A stretch of DNA of 64,000 nt from NCBI GenBank assembly GCA_965219415.1, contig CBDCNP010000002.1:96001-160000 (forward strand). Reading direction: 5' to 3'. Under the pieces are notes generated by a model, which worked only from the letters and a program-made list of their open reading frames with translations, had not been told where the DNA came from and did not search any database. This document shows positions 9,508 to 18,727 of the stretch, piece by piece (positions within the stretch are counted from its first letter, which is position 1; every line of letters begins with the position of its first letter). Made by a program: the position numbers and the translations under genes. Source of the stretch: Candidatus Marinacidobacterales bacterium. GTDB lineage: Bacteria > Acidobacteriota > Vicinamibacteria > Marinacidobacterales > DATDRI01.

Positions 9508-11820
9508 ATGAAAACCCAACGATTTCTGTCTTCCTCTTTCGTCGCAGCGTACATCCTCGCCGGGTCTTCCCTGCCCGTTCACGCCGGAGGACCACTCGAC
9601 ATCTGCGCGAGCGGCCAACCTTTTCTTTGGCCCAACCAAGGCCAGAACATTCCGTTCAACCCGGACTCGGGCACATTGGGCCCCCTCAACAACGCGCAGG
9701 CCATCGCCGCTGTCGCCGCGGCTTTTCAGAGATGGAGCGATGTCCCCTCGGCCACGGCGACCTATCAGAACGCTGGACTCCTCCCTGTGGATGTCGACGA
9801 CACCAATTTCGTTCCCTTCCTCATCCCGCTTGCTCCTGATGGGCTCAGCGCGATCGTCTTCGACGCGACGGGGGAGATCTTCAACCTTCTCTTCGGAGCG
9901 GAGTCCGGCATCCTCGGTTTCGCCGGCCCCGAGTGGCTGGACGATGCCACCTGCGAGATCGCAGAAGGCGTCTCCTTCTTGAACGGGCCAGAGTTTACCG
10001 ACGCCGTGGTAGCGGAGGACGTCATGGTGCATGAGTTCGGTCATTACTCGAATCTCGCGCACACCGTGGTAAACGGCCAAGTCGTCATCGCGGTATTCTT
10101 TGGCGTGGTCGACGACATGCCCTCGCCCGATCCGGCTTTTCCCGGGTTCCCCCCCAATCCTTTCGTGGACATCATCGAGACCATGTACCCGTTCTATTTG
10201 GGCTCGATCGTCGGCACCAGGACACCCGAGGCCGATGACATCGCGATCCTATCCACGTTGTATCCGAGCCCCTCTTTCTTCAATGACTTTGGCAGTATCT
10301 CCGGAACCATCCTCGGACCGAACGCCACCACCAAACTCACCGGCGTGAACGTCATCGCCCGCAACGTCGCGAACCCGTACGCCGATGCGGTCTCCGCCAT
10401 ATCGAGTGACTTCACCGACGGGCTCAACCAATCGGACCCGGGCGTCGGCGCCTACACGATTAACGGTCTCACCCCCGACGCAAACTACATGGTCTTCGTG
10501 GACGAAGTTCTGCTGGGCGGATTCAGTACACCGCTCAATTCGCCTCCGCCCGGACCCGAGGAGTTCTACAACGGAGGCAGCGAGTCCAACGATCCGAGCA
10601 GCGACGACCCAACCGACGCAGAAGTCATCATGGCGTTGGCCGGCTCCCCGGTCGTCGACGTCGATATCGTTTTCAACCAACGGCCGCTCGCCGTTCCCGA
10701 CGAAGGTGGTGTGCAACTCTTCCTACCGTTCAGGATGCGCATTTGCGGTGAAGTATTCGAGAACATCTTCATCAATGGGAACGGATATGTATCGTTCGGT
10801 GCTCTCGGGCCCAATCCCAGTTTTTTCCCGAACGTCGGCGAGTTCCTGTCCGGTCCACCCAAGATCGTACCGCTGTGGGCGGATCTCGACGCCAGCTCTG
10901 CGGGCGTCGTCACGTTCAAGCAGACGCGGCACACGTTTACCGTCATCTACGAGGACGTGCCGGAGTTCTTCTTCGGCGGAGCAAACAGCTTCAAAATCAC
11001 TCTCTTCAGAGGTCCTCGCCGGCGCGGGAACTCGTTTCTCGTCAAATATGGCGGGATGACTGCCCCGTTCGGCATCGCCGGGTTCAGCTGCGGTGGGGCG
11101 GTAACCTCAGGATTCGAGACGGAGACCGATCTAACAGAAACGCGCCGCTTCTTTGGCGTCAACATTATCAGGGGGAAGAAGAAGACCGCCGTTTTCGAGG
11201 AGTTCGACAACTTCGACAACGACCTCGCGAACCGGCGGCTTTTTTATACCAAGACGTCGGATTTCCGTGACCGCTTCGAGCCCAACGACTCGATAGGAAG
11301 AGCGACTCGCATCCGTCTCCCCTTCGACACCATTAGCGACAAGCGCTTCACCGAAATCGAGCCGGCCGGTGATGACGTGGATTACTTCAAGTTCCAAGCT
11401 CGCGCTGGCGACATCCTGACCGCAGAAATCCTCACCGGCCAGATCGATTCCGTCATGGGCCTGTACCAACTCATTGGCGGTAAACATCATGGAGACGATG
11501 ACAGCGATAGCAGTGACAGCCGCAGTAGCGACAGCAGTGACAGCCGCAGTAGCGACAGCAGTGACAGCCGCAGTAGCGACAGCAGTGACAGCAGTGACAG
11601 CAGTGACAAGAAACACGGCGGTGCGCCGCAAGCAGTTCTGATCGCTCTTGACGACGATGGGGGCGAAGGGCTCCTGTCCAAGATCGTGTTCGAGATCCCC
11701 GCCGACGGGAAATACGCGATCGCCGTATCCACTTTCCCCGACTTCGACTTCGATGGGGACGGGAACACGGATCCCATCTTTGGTCGGGGACGCTACGTAT
11801 TGAGCATCGTCAAACAGTAG
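9508..11820 (+). CDS. Secreted zinc metalloprotease (matrixin/metzincin-like) with C-terminal PPC-like domain
   Basis: Signal peptide; HEFGHYSNLAH zinc motif; Met-turn ETMYPF; EPNDS...DVDYFKF...DDDGG...YAIAVS PPC-type pattern. Confidence 0.8.
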   Translation: MKTQRFLSSSFVAAYILAGSSLPVHAGGPLDICASGQPFLWPNQGQNIPFNPDSGTLGPLNNAQAIAAVAAAFQRWSDVPSATATYQNAGLLPVDVDDTNFVPFLIPLAPDGLSAIVFDATGEIFNLLFGAESGILGFAGPEWLDDATCEIAEGVSFLNGPEFTDAVVAEDVMVHEFGHYSNLAHTVVNGQVVIAVFFGVVDDMPSPDPAFPGFPPNPFVDIIETMYPFYLGSIVGTRTPEADDIAILSTLYPSPSFFNDFGSISGTILGPNATTKLTGVNVIARNVANPYADAVSAISSDFTDGLNQSDPGVGAYTINGLTPDANYMVFVDEVLLGGFSTPLNSPPPGPEEFYNGGSESNDPSSDDPTDAEVIMALAGSPVVDVDIVFNQRPLAVPDEGGVQLFLPFRMRICGEVFENIFINGNGYVSFGALGPNPSFFPNVGEFLSGPPKIVPLWADLDASSAGVVTFKQTRHTFTVIYEDVPEFFFGGANSFKITLFRGPRRRGNSFLVKYGGMTAPFGIAGFSCGGAVTSGFETETDLTETRRFFGVNIIRGKKKTAVFEEFDNFDNDLANRRLFYTKTSDFRDRFEPNDSIGRATRIRLPFDTISDKRFTEIEPAGDDVDYFKFQARAGDILTAEILTGQIDSVMGLYQLIGGKHHGDDDSDSSDSRSSDSSDSRSSDSSDSRSSDSSDSSDSSDKKHGGAPQAVLIALDDDGGEGLLSKIVFEIPADGKYAIAVSTFPDFDFDGDGNTDPIFGRGRYVLSIVKQ
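11509..11607 (+). repeat. In-frame tandem repeat: 3 x 24 bp (AGCAGTGACAGCCGCAGTAGCGAC) plus 3 x 9 bp (AGCAGTGAC), encoding a Ser/Asp tract
   Basis: Directly visible exact repeats. Confidence 0.95.
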
Positions 11821-11825
11821 GATCC

Positions 11826-11868
11826 CTCGGGAGGGGACTCGACAGGTCCCCTCCCGAGAGTTGTTTTC
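11826..11868 (+). terminator. Rho-independent terminator-like hairpin
   Basis: CTCGGGAGGGGAC / GTCCCCTCCCGAG 13-bp stem followed by TTGTTTT, just after the protease stop. Confidence 0.7.
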
Positions 11869-11945
11869 CTCCAGAAAACAGGGCTTCAGGGTTAGTACGC
11901 CCTCTCCGCTTGAGCTAGACTGCCTCCGAAAGGAGCTCTTCAATC

Positions 11946-12812
11946 ATGGTTTATCGCCTTCGTGGTCTTACTTTAATCGCTCTAGCAAGTCTGGTGGCAG
12001 CCTGTTCGGCACGGCAAGCGAGCACCCCAATCGGTCTCGCGTCCGACGACCAAGCCGGCCGTTTCGTCTGGCAGGAGCTCCTCACCGACGATGTCCCGTC
12101 GGCGCGGCGTTTTTACAGCGGGCTCTTCGGCTGGCAGTTCGAGGATACCAAACGCCTTGGCAAGCCGTATATCTTGGTTCGCAGTGGAGGCGACTACGTC
12201 GCTGGGATCACCTACGTCAAACGAGAAAAGCCAGATGAGCCCGTCGCCCAATGGCTCAGTTATCTCCTCGTCGCCGATGTCGACGAAGCCGCGAAGAACT
12301 TCAAGGAGGCTGGCGGTCAAATACTCGTCGCCCCGCTCGACCTGAAAGGCACCGCGCGGGCGGCCATGGTCACCGACTTCGCGGGCGCCCCACTGGGCCT
12401 GGTGAGCTTCGACGCGGAGCTTCCCGCTCCGCCGGCCGATCCACCGTTCGGAAGGTTTTTCTGGAGAGACTACTTGGCAAAAGACGTCGAGGACTCGCTA
12501 GACTTCTACCGCAAGTTTCCCGGTTACCGGGCTCAGAAAGAAGGAAAAGGCAACAGCCTTCACTACGTCTTTCGCCACGGAACGGGCGGAAAAGCTATCG
12601 CCGGGCTGATTCCGATCGGTGATTCCCCCGTGTGCCCCAATTGGCTTCCCTATGTTCGAGTCGAGGATCCGACCGCGCTCGCCCGCTGCGCTTCGGAGCT
12701 CGGAGGCAAGGTCCTACTCGAACCAAGGTCGGAAGTGAGAGAAGGCTCGCTCGCTATTGTTGCTGATCCGACCGGCGGCGCTCCGGCGCTTCAGAAGTGG
12801 CCCATTAGTTGA
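11946..12812 (+). CDS. VOC/glyoxalase-family lipoprotein (two domains)
   Basis: Lipobox VAAC; GRFVWQELLTDD...FYSGLFGW; WLSYLLVADVD; NWLPYVRVED; ADPTG. Confidence 0.85.
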   Translation: MVYRLRGLTLIALASLVAACSARQASTPIGLASDDQAGRFVWQELLTDDVPSARRFYSGLFGWQFEDTKRLGKPYILVRSGGDYVAGITYVKREKPDEPVAQWLSYLLVADVDEAAKNFKEAGGQILVAPLDLKGTARAAMVTDFAGAPLGLVSFDAELPAPPADPPFGRFFWRDYLAKDVEDSLDFYRKFPGYRAQKEGKGNSLHYVFRHGTGGKAIAGLIPIGDSPVCPNWLPYVRVEDPTALARCASELGGKVLLEPRSEVREGSLAIVADPTGGAPALQKWPIS

Positions 12813-12816
12813 GGAG

Positions 12817-13005
12817 ATGATGATGATGATGATGAAACGTAGAATGATTCAGTTGACGCTGCTCTTGCTCCTGCTAACGGGCGTTGCCTTCACCACGACG
12901 GGCTGTACGACTTCGGTGGGTGTTGGGGTGAGCTACGGTTACCCAGGATCTTGGTACGGTCCCTGGCGCGGGCCAGCCTACATGGGCGGCCCGTTCTATT
13001 ATTGA
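12817..13005 (+). CDS. Small Gly/Tyr/Pro-rich lipoprotein
   Basis: GAGGAG RBS, (ATG)6, KRR, hydrophobic stretch, TTGC, then VGVGVSYGYPGSWYGPW. Confidence 0.65.
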   Translation: MMMMMMKRRMIQLTLLLLLLTGVAFTTTGCTTSVGVGVSYGYPGSWYGPWRGPAYMGGPFYY

Positions 13006-13970
13006 ACCTTTTGCAGTATCTCCCTCGCCCCCGGGAGATGCTCCTCTTGGATGCGCGCCAGTAGCTCCAACCAACGGGGATTCATTGCAACCGCGCGTTT
13101 GATGTCGGCCAGCGCTTCCGCCTCGTTGCCGGCCTGCATCAACATCGCGCCTCGCCAGAAGATCAACTCGTCGTTTTCCGGCACGATCTCGAGCGCGGCG
13201 TCGTAGGCCCCGAAGGCCTTCTCGAATTCCTGTGCCGCTAAATAGTTGTCGCCGTCGGTCGCGAGATCGTAGGCCTTTCTAAGCTGGTACAGCCGTGTGA
13301 GCTCCGCGATCGGCGTCTGGTGATCTTCGACTCGCAGATCAACCACACGGTTTTTCCACGGCTCGTCCTCGGAGACGGAGCGAACCACGAGGAGCGCCGC
13401 CGACTGTCGGCCACGCACGTCACCTCCCGCTTCTTGCCCGGCTCGAAGAGCCGCTAATATGCGATCGCCGAGATCGCCCTTGGTCTGTTCGAACGTCCTC
13501 CCCATGTTTTCCCAAACCTCGGAAGAGGCAAGCAGGTTTCCCTGCGCGGAGTGATCTCTACCAATGCGATCGCCGGTGAAAGGGATGCACATCTTGCCGG
13601 TGTGAGCGGCCACTCGTCCCTGCGCATCGATGAACGCGACCTGACGCACGTCGCGCGCCTCGTCTTTCGACAACAGCTCATCTAAGGCGTCCTTCGCCGA
13701 CTTCCCCGCTTTCATGAGTGCGAGGCCGTGAGGTCCGTAGGCCGGCTCGATAAACGATTGTGTCGCAACCGCTCCGACCCCAGCCTCTCGCCACGAAACA
13801 CTGCTGCCCACCGAAAACCAGTGCGACTGACCGAACTCCCCGGTCGCGGGATCGCGCGCCACGATGGAGAAGGTGCCGGCGGGCCTTCGGGGCACGAGCT
13901 CTTCGGCAGAAGGGGCACCTGCAATCGCCGTCGTAATGAAAAACATCAGGAATCCTGCCAACATGAACAT
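12999..13970 (-). CDS. DUF1028 (Ntn-hydrolase-like) protein with C-terminal TPR
   Basis: TFSIVARDPATG, GVGAVATQS, AQGNLL, GGDVRGRQSAALLVV, DLRVEDH. A few residues appear to be missing before QSHWFSVG. Confidence 0.88.
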   Translation of the reverse strand: MFMLAGFLMFFITTAIAGAPSAEELVPRRPAGTFSIVARDPATGEFGQSHWFSVGSSVSWREAGVGAVATQSFIEPAYGPHGLALMKAGKSAKDALDELLSKDEARDVRQVAFIDAQGRVAAHTGKMCIPFTGDRIGRDHSAQGNLLASSEVWENMGRTFEQTKGDLGDRILAALRAGQEAGGDVRGRQSAALLVVRSVSEDEPWKNRVVDLRVEDHQTPIAELTRLYQLRKAYDLATDGDNYLAAQEFEKAFGAYDAALEIVPENDELIFWRGAMLMQAGNEAEALADIKRAVAMNPRWLELLARIQEEHLPGAREILQKVQ

Positions 13971-13995
13971 CTTCTCTCCTCCTGCTGGGTGACGC

Positions 13996-15224
13996 TTATC
14001 TCAACCTTGCGGTAACCTCGAGAAGACGATCGATATCGGCGGCGTTGTTGAAAAGGGCGATTCCAGCTCGAATCTGCGTGCCGTCCTCCCGAAAACTCAC
14101 CTTGATCCCATTTTCCTCCATGATGGCGCGAACCGTATCGGGATCTCTGCCGTGAACGAAACTGACGATGGACGAGGCGTTGTGTGGAGGCGTGAGCACT
14201 CGGAGGCCTCGCTCCACCAATCCGCTCCGCAGTCGCTGGGCGAGGGCGATCGTATGTTTTCCGATCCGTTCGACCCCCACCCTGGCGAGATAGTCGAGTG
14301 CCGCGCCCAGTTGGTAGACCGCATCGAACGCAAGCGTCGCATACTCGAACGCTCTTGCCCCCTTGTAAAGCCGATACCGATAGTCTCCGAGCTCCTCTTC
14401 GTCCTGGAGCGCTCCCACTCTATCCGGCCGGACGCGGTCCAAAAGCTCTCGGCGAACGAAGAAGGGTGCCACCCCGTATCCCGCTAGCAACCACTTGTAG
14501 GTACCACTGGCAAGAAAGTCGATACCGGTCTCACCGAGTTGCGTTGGGAACATACCGACCGCTTGCACCGCGTCGGTATACAGATACGCACCGTGAGCAT
14601 GTGCGAGTTCCCCGAGGCCCTTCATGTCGTGTCGAAAGCCATTCTGGTGAGAGACCCAGGCAACGGAGATTAATCGTGTGCGAGCATCTACCAGCCGTTC
14701 AAACTCGGAGTTTGGAACCGCGCCGCCACGCTGTCTGGCAATTCGCAGCTCGATCCCGAGCGTCTCTTCGAGGTGCTTGTACAAAATGTAGCTTGTCGAG
14801 TAATGGAGTTCGTCCACCACAACGTTGTCGCCTCGTTCGAGGCCAATTTGACGCGCCACGATGTTCTCGCCTTCGGTCGTGGCATAGAGGAAACCGATCT
14901 CGTCGCTTGAGACGCTTACTAACCGCGCGAACTTGTCTCTAACTTCGTTGGTGCGAGCGAGCATCTCCCCGAGCGAGATCGGCTTTCGAGCCTTGGATTT
15001 CAAAAAGCGCGCACCGGCCTCGACGACAAGCCCGGGGGAGGAGTTATGTAGGCACTGTCGAGGTAGATACCCTCCGCGGTGACCGGAAAGTCCTCCCGCA
15101 CCCCAAGCGGATCGGCCTGACTGGGTGCAACTCCCATCCTCTCCGTCCTCTGCCGCGCGACCGCCGCGGTCGCGGACGCGACGCCCAGAAACTGTCTGCG
15201 GTCGACCTTCCTGGACGAGCTCAA
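13996..15224 (-). pseudogene. Class V PLP-dependent aminotransferase-like enzyme with Tat signal; frameshift near 15040
   Basis: DRRQFLG Tat motif and REDFP...IYLDSAYITP in one frame; ATTEGEN, DAVQAVG, YKWLL in another. Confidence 0.8.
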
Positions 15225-15730
15225 ATGGATCTCGACATGTGGAGCGCCCGCTGGCCGGCAGGATAGATCCCCTCGTCCCTCGAAAAGCGGAACCCATGCT
15301 GAGAGAATAGCCTTTGCCCCCGCGCATTGCCATCTGCGACGGAGAGGTGGATCTCTCGAATCGGGTGCTCCGAATCGAGGAGCGGCGCCTCCGCTATCGC
15401 TTTTGTAAGGAGTGCGGTTCCAACTCCTTGCGTCTGGAACTCTGGGACGACGGCGATTGCGAGCAGGTCCGCCAACGCCTCGTCACCCTTCATGCGGTTG
15501 GGATACGCCATAAGCATCGCCAAACCCACAGGCTGCTCGTCTAGCTCACCGACCAGAGTCAGGACGCCCTGGGTATCGAACCACTCCACCAGGTAGCGAT
15601 CGTAGCTGCCGTAGATAGAGAAGACGCTGTGCGCAAGTCGGCGAACAAAGGCGCGGTCATCCCCCGTCGCTACGCGCACCGACAACCTTCCGCCCGCTCG
15701 GGCAGCCGGCCTCGGGGTTGTCTCTCTCAT
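15221..15730 (-). CDS. GNAT-family N-acetyltransferase
   Basis: IAVVPEFQTQGVGTALL, NARGQRLFSQHGF. Confidence 0.85.
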   Translation of the reverse strand: MRETTPRPAARAGGRLSVRVATGDDRAFVRRLAHSVFSIYGSYDRYLVEWFDTQGVLTLVGELDEQPVGLAMLMAYPNRMKGDEALADLLAIAVVPEFQTQGVGTALLTKAIAEAPLLDSEHPIREIHLSVADGNARGQRLFSQHGFRFSRDEGIYPAGQRALHMSRSI

Positions 15731-15887
15731 TCACGCCCTCCGACTGAAAGCCTAGGATTCCTGGAATAGTACTACGTACATTGGAGGGTCCTCAATCAGG
15801 AGGCCGTCATCCAATGCTCACAATTCGCTCATTTCTTTTGGGCCCGAGGAGACTAGATTGCACCCACATCAAGTTGAGGAGGAAACG

Positions 15888-16574
15888 ATGAAAGAACTGA
15901 CCTGGGTAGGTGTCCTTCTAACATTCATGGTTTGCGTGGGATGTGAGCGCCACGCCCCTGACCTGCCGCTGACCGTGGCTGCAGAGGCCGGAGACCGACT
16001 GCGGCTTGTGCGCCTGCTCGAGCAAGGAATGGATCCCGTCGCAACCGATGGGCAAGGTTGGGGACCTCTCCATTGGGCAGCGGGGTCCGGGCGCTCCGAG
16101 ATCATCGACGCGTTGGTGGAGGCCGGTGCGGACGTCGACCGCAACGATCAGGGACGGAATCGGTGGACGCCATTGATGCACGCCATTCACACGGACCAGG
16201 AAGAGGCGGCGACGAGACTTCTCGCACGCGGGGCCTCCGCGAACGCGACATCTCCTGGTGGCGTCACACCACTGATCATGGCCGCCGGTTATGGACAAAG
16301 CGACCTCGTCGAAGTGTTGCTCCACCACGGAGCCAACCCCTATGCAGATGCCGGGAACGGAATCACCGCTCTTTGGGCGGCGGCCGGTGGTGGCGCCATA
16401 CGGGATTTCACCGACGGTCCGTCGTTCGGCACGTGTTTTCCAGAAACGATCCGCATCCTGCGCGAAAACACGCCTGACTTGCGATTGACGTCAGGCCTGG
16501 CGTCTAGATTGGTGGTTTGGTTTAGCTACTTGCGGGGTTGCGAAGAAACCGTACGGGGGCTGCGGGCCAAGTAA
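15888..16574 (+). CDS. Ankyrin-repeat lipoprotein
   Basis: Lipobox CVGC; GWGPLHWAA, WTPLMHAI, GVTPLIMAA, GITALWAA repeats. Confidence 0.88.
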   Translation: MKELTWVGVLLTFMVCVGCERHAPDLPLTVAAEAGDRLRLVRLLEQGMDPVATDGQGWGPLHWAAGSGRSEIIDALVEAGADVDRNDQGRNRWTPLMHAIHTDQEEAATRLLARGASANATSPGGVTPLIMAAGYGQSDLVEVLLHHGANPYADAGNGITALWAAAGGGAIRDFTDGPSFGTCFPETIRILRENTPDLRLTSGLASRLVVWFSYLRGCEETVRGLRAK

Positions 16575-16584
16575 GAGAAAGGGC

Positions 16585-17040
16585 TTAGAATGGACCGGGG
16601 ATGTCGGAGTCGTCCACCACATGAACCGACTGAACGATAGACGTCACGATACGACGCCCTTCGCGCATCACTTCGATCCGCATTCCCAAACCGACCCAGG
16701 AGACTTTGAGAAGGTTGCCCCCATAACTCGATCCGCAAAGGTAGGACTCGGTTGGCTCGGCGAAAAAACGCCCGCCTTGAATGAGCACTTTCGACTCCCC
16801 GGGGCTCAGCAATATGAGCTGATACACCGTGTTCTGGGTTCTGACGTGAAGGCGCGTCAAAGTTGGGAGCTCGCCCATGTCGACCCCTCCCTGCCGAGCC
16901 GCCTCCTCCGCAAACCCGTCGAGGGTACAGCGGCGCGGGACCAGAAGCTCGTCAGAATCGAGACCAACAGCCGTATCTTGGGTAGACACAGCAAGATCCA
17001 CATGGGTGGTCGACGGGCCCAGGCCCTTGTTGCCTTCCAT
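16585..17040 (-). CDS. Hypothetical protein
   Basis: Protein-like ORF (VRTQNTVY...QGGRFF...GSSYGG...GMRIE...TSIV) downstream of dacB; start uncertain. Confidence 0.65.
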   Translation of the reverse strand: MEGNKGLGPSTTHVDLAVSTQDTAVGLDSDELLVPRRCTLDGFAEEAARQGGVDMGELPTLTRLHVRTQNTVYQLILLSPGESKVLIQGGRFFAEPTESYLCGSSYGGNLLKVSWVGLGMRIEVMREGRRIVTSIVQSVHVVDDSDIPGPF

Positions 17041-17117
17041 TCTTGAACCCATTTTACTCGAAACTACCCTAGAAGCCAAGATATGGGAGGCGTCCGCCGG
17101 GGATGCCTTCCAGCCCC

Positions 17118-18620
17118 TCAATAGCGCAGAAGAACCTTGGCGATCTCGTCTTCGACCTGATCGGCACGCCATTGTCGCCGGATCCCGTTCAACATCACCG
17201 AAAAGGCCACCGGCCCTTCAGTCGGGGAGAAAGCGACACCGGAAAGCGAGCTGATCCCCGCCAGGCTCCCCGTTTTGCCCATCACCCTCCCCATATACTC
17301 TTCACTGCGATAGCGACGAGTTAGAGTTCCATCGACTCCGCCCAGCGCCAGCGTACAGAGGAAACTGGTGCGAAGCTCGGGCGTGTCGTAGAACTCCCGT
17401 AGAACATCCACCAGAATCGAGGGAGTCAGGTTGTTTTCGTAGGACAGTCCGGACCCGTCATCGATCCGAAAATCACTCGAGGAGTGACCCAATCCCATCA
17501 AATACTCGCTGAGCGCTCGAGCCCCTGACTCGAAACTTCCAGGTGCACCCCAGCGGTAGGCACCCAGTGCTTTTAGTATCTGCTCCGCCGCGAAGTTGTT
17601 GCTGTACTTTCCGAGCAACTCCACGACTTGAATCAAAGGCGGCGAACGATGAACGTAAAGAGACCGTAGCCCTGGATCGTTGGCTAGGCCCTTCTCGACC
17701 TGCCCACGAAATGAGACGCCGTGATCACGCAACTTGCCGACGAAGGCCGACGCAAGGTACCGCGATGGATTGGGCGCAACGAAACCGCCACGGCGTTCTT
17801 CGTCGCCCGCGATCACTCGTCCACTGACGACAACGCGATCGCGCCCGCCCGACTTGCGAACGCGGAGCCAAGGCCGTCCCCGACCGGCGGTGGTCACACG
17901 ATTCAGAACCTCGAAGTAGCCGTACCCCCCATCGAACAAAGTGGCTCGTGTTCCCGCACTGTCGGCGGGAGTCGCCGTCACTTCCACGATGTTGAAGTTG
18001 TAGGAAAGAGCGCTTTGGATCGGCAGTCCCTTCTTGAGGATGTTGTCATAGGAGGCTGGTCCTCGCAGTTGATCGTCGAAGAAGCTGTCGTCCAGGATCA
18101 GATTGCCTTCGATCGCCCGTATCCCGGCCCGCGCCAAGGCCACCATGATCTCTTCCAAATCTCCGTCAGCCAATGCCGGATCGCCCGAGCCCTGAAGATA
18201 GAGGTTCCCTTTCGCGACACCGTCGACGATGGGGCCGTCGATCAGCAGGCGCGTTTCGAATCGATGGCTGGGACCGAGGTAGTGAAGCGCCGCGGCCATG
18301 GTGACCAGCTTCATCGCGGAAGCAGGGATGAATTTCTTCGTTGGATTGTGAGCGTAAAGCGTCTGACCCGTTTGCAGGCTCACCACCTGAACGCCGATGG
18401 CTCGATTCAGTCTGAATCGACGCCGTACTCGATCGAGGCTCTTGGCGAGATCGCTTCGTTCGTCCGCCCTCACGCTTGCTACCGGCCGCAGTGAGTGCAT
18501 CGGCCCCCACTCGATGAAACTGGGGACGACGAGCAAAAGAATGGCGAAGTGGAAGGAACCCCTCAGAAAACGCAAGTACGCCTCTCTCCTAAAGACTTCT
18601 CCTGTATCTATTTGTACCAT
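17118..18620 (-). CDS. dacB: D-alanyl-D-alanine carboxypeptidase/endopeptidase (PBP4, peptidase S13)
   Basis: PASAMK (SxxK), GSGDP, YSNNFAAE (SxN), DGSGLS, GKTGSL; start uncertain. Confidence 0.9.
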   Translation of the reverse strand: MVQIDTGEVFRREAYLRFLRGSFHFAILLLVVPSFIEWGPMHSLRPVASVRADERSDLAKSLDRVRRRFRLNRAIGVQVVSLQTGQTLYAHNPTKKFIPASAMKLVTMAAALHYLGPSHRFETRLLIDGPIVDGVAKGNLYLQGSGDPALADGDLEEIMVALARAGIRAIEGNLILDDSFFDDQLRGPASYDNILKKGLPIQSALSYNFNIVEVTATPADSAGTRATLFDGGYGYFEVLNRVTTAGRGRPWLRVRKSGGRDRVVVSGRVIAGDEERRGGFVAPNPSRYLASAFVGKLRDHGVSFRGQVEKGLANDPGLRSLYVHRSPPLIQVVELLGKYSNNFAAEQILKALGAYRWGAPGSFESGARALSEYLMGLGHSSSDFRIDDGSGLSYENNLTPSILVDVLREFYDTPELRTSFLCTLALGGVDGTLTRRYRSEEYMGRVMGKTGSLAGISSLSGVAFSPTEGPVAFSVMLNGIRRQWRADQVEDEIAKVLLRY

Positions 18621-18727
18621 ACATGCAATAGCTTGGCGACCCTCGCGTATTTCCGAGCGGCCCGGCGCGTAGCCGCTGGATGGAAGACCCGCCAGCACCT
18701 TAGGAATAGACGTTTTGTGGTAGTCTC

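Noticed and set aside
11509-11607. Repeats as a CRISPR array
   Set aside because: Directly tandem, no spacers, in frame within a CDS, and no cas genes.
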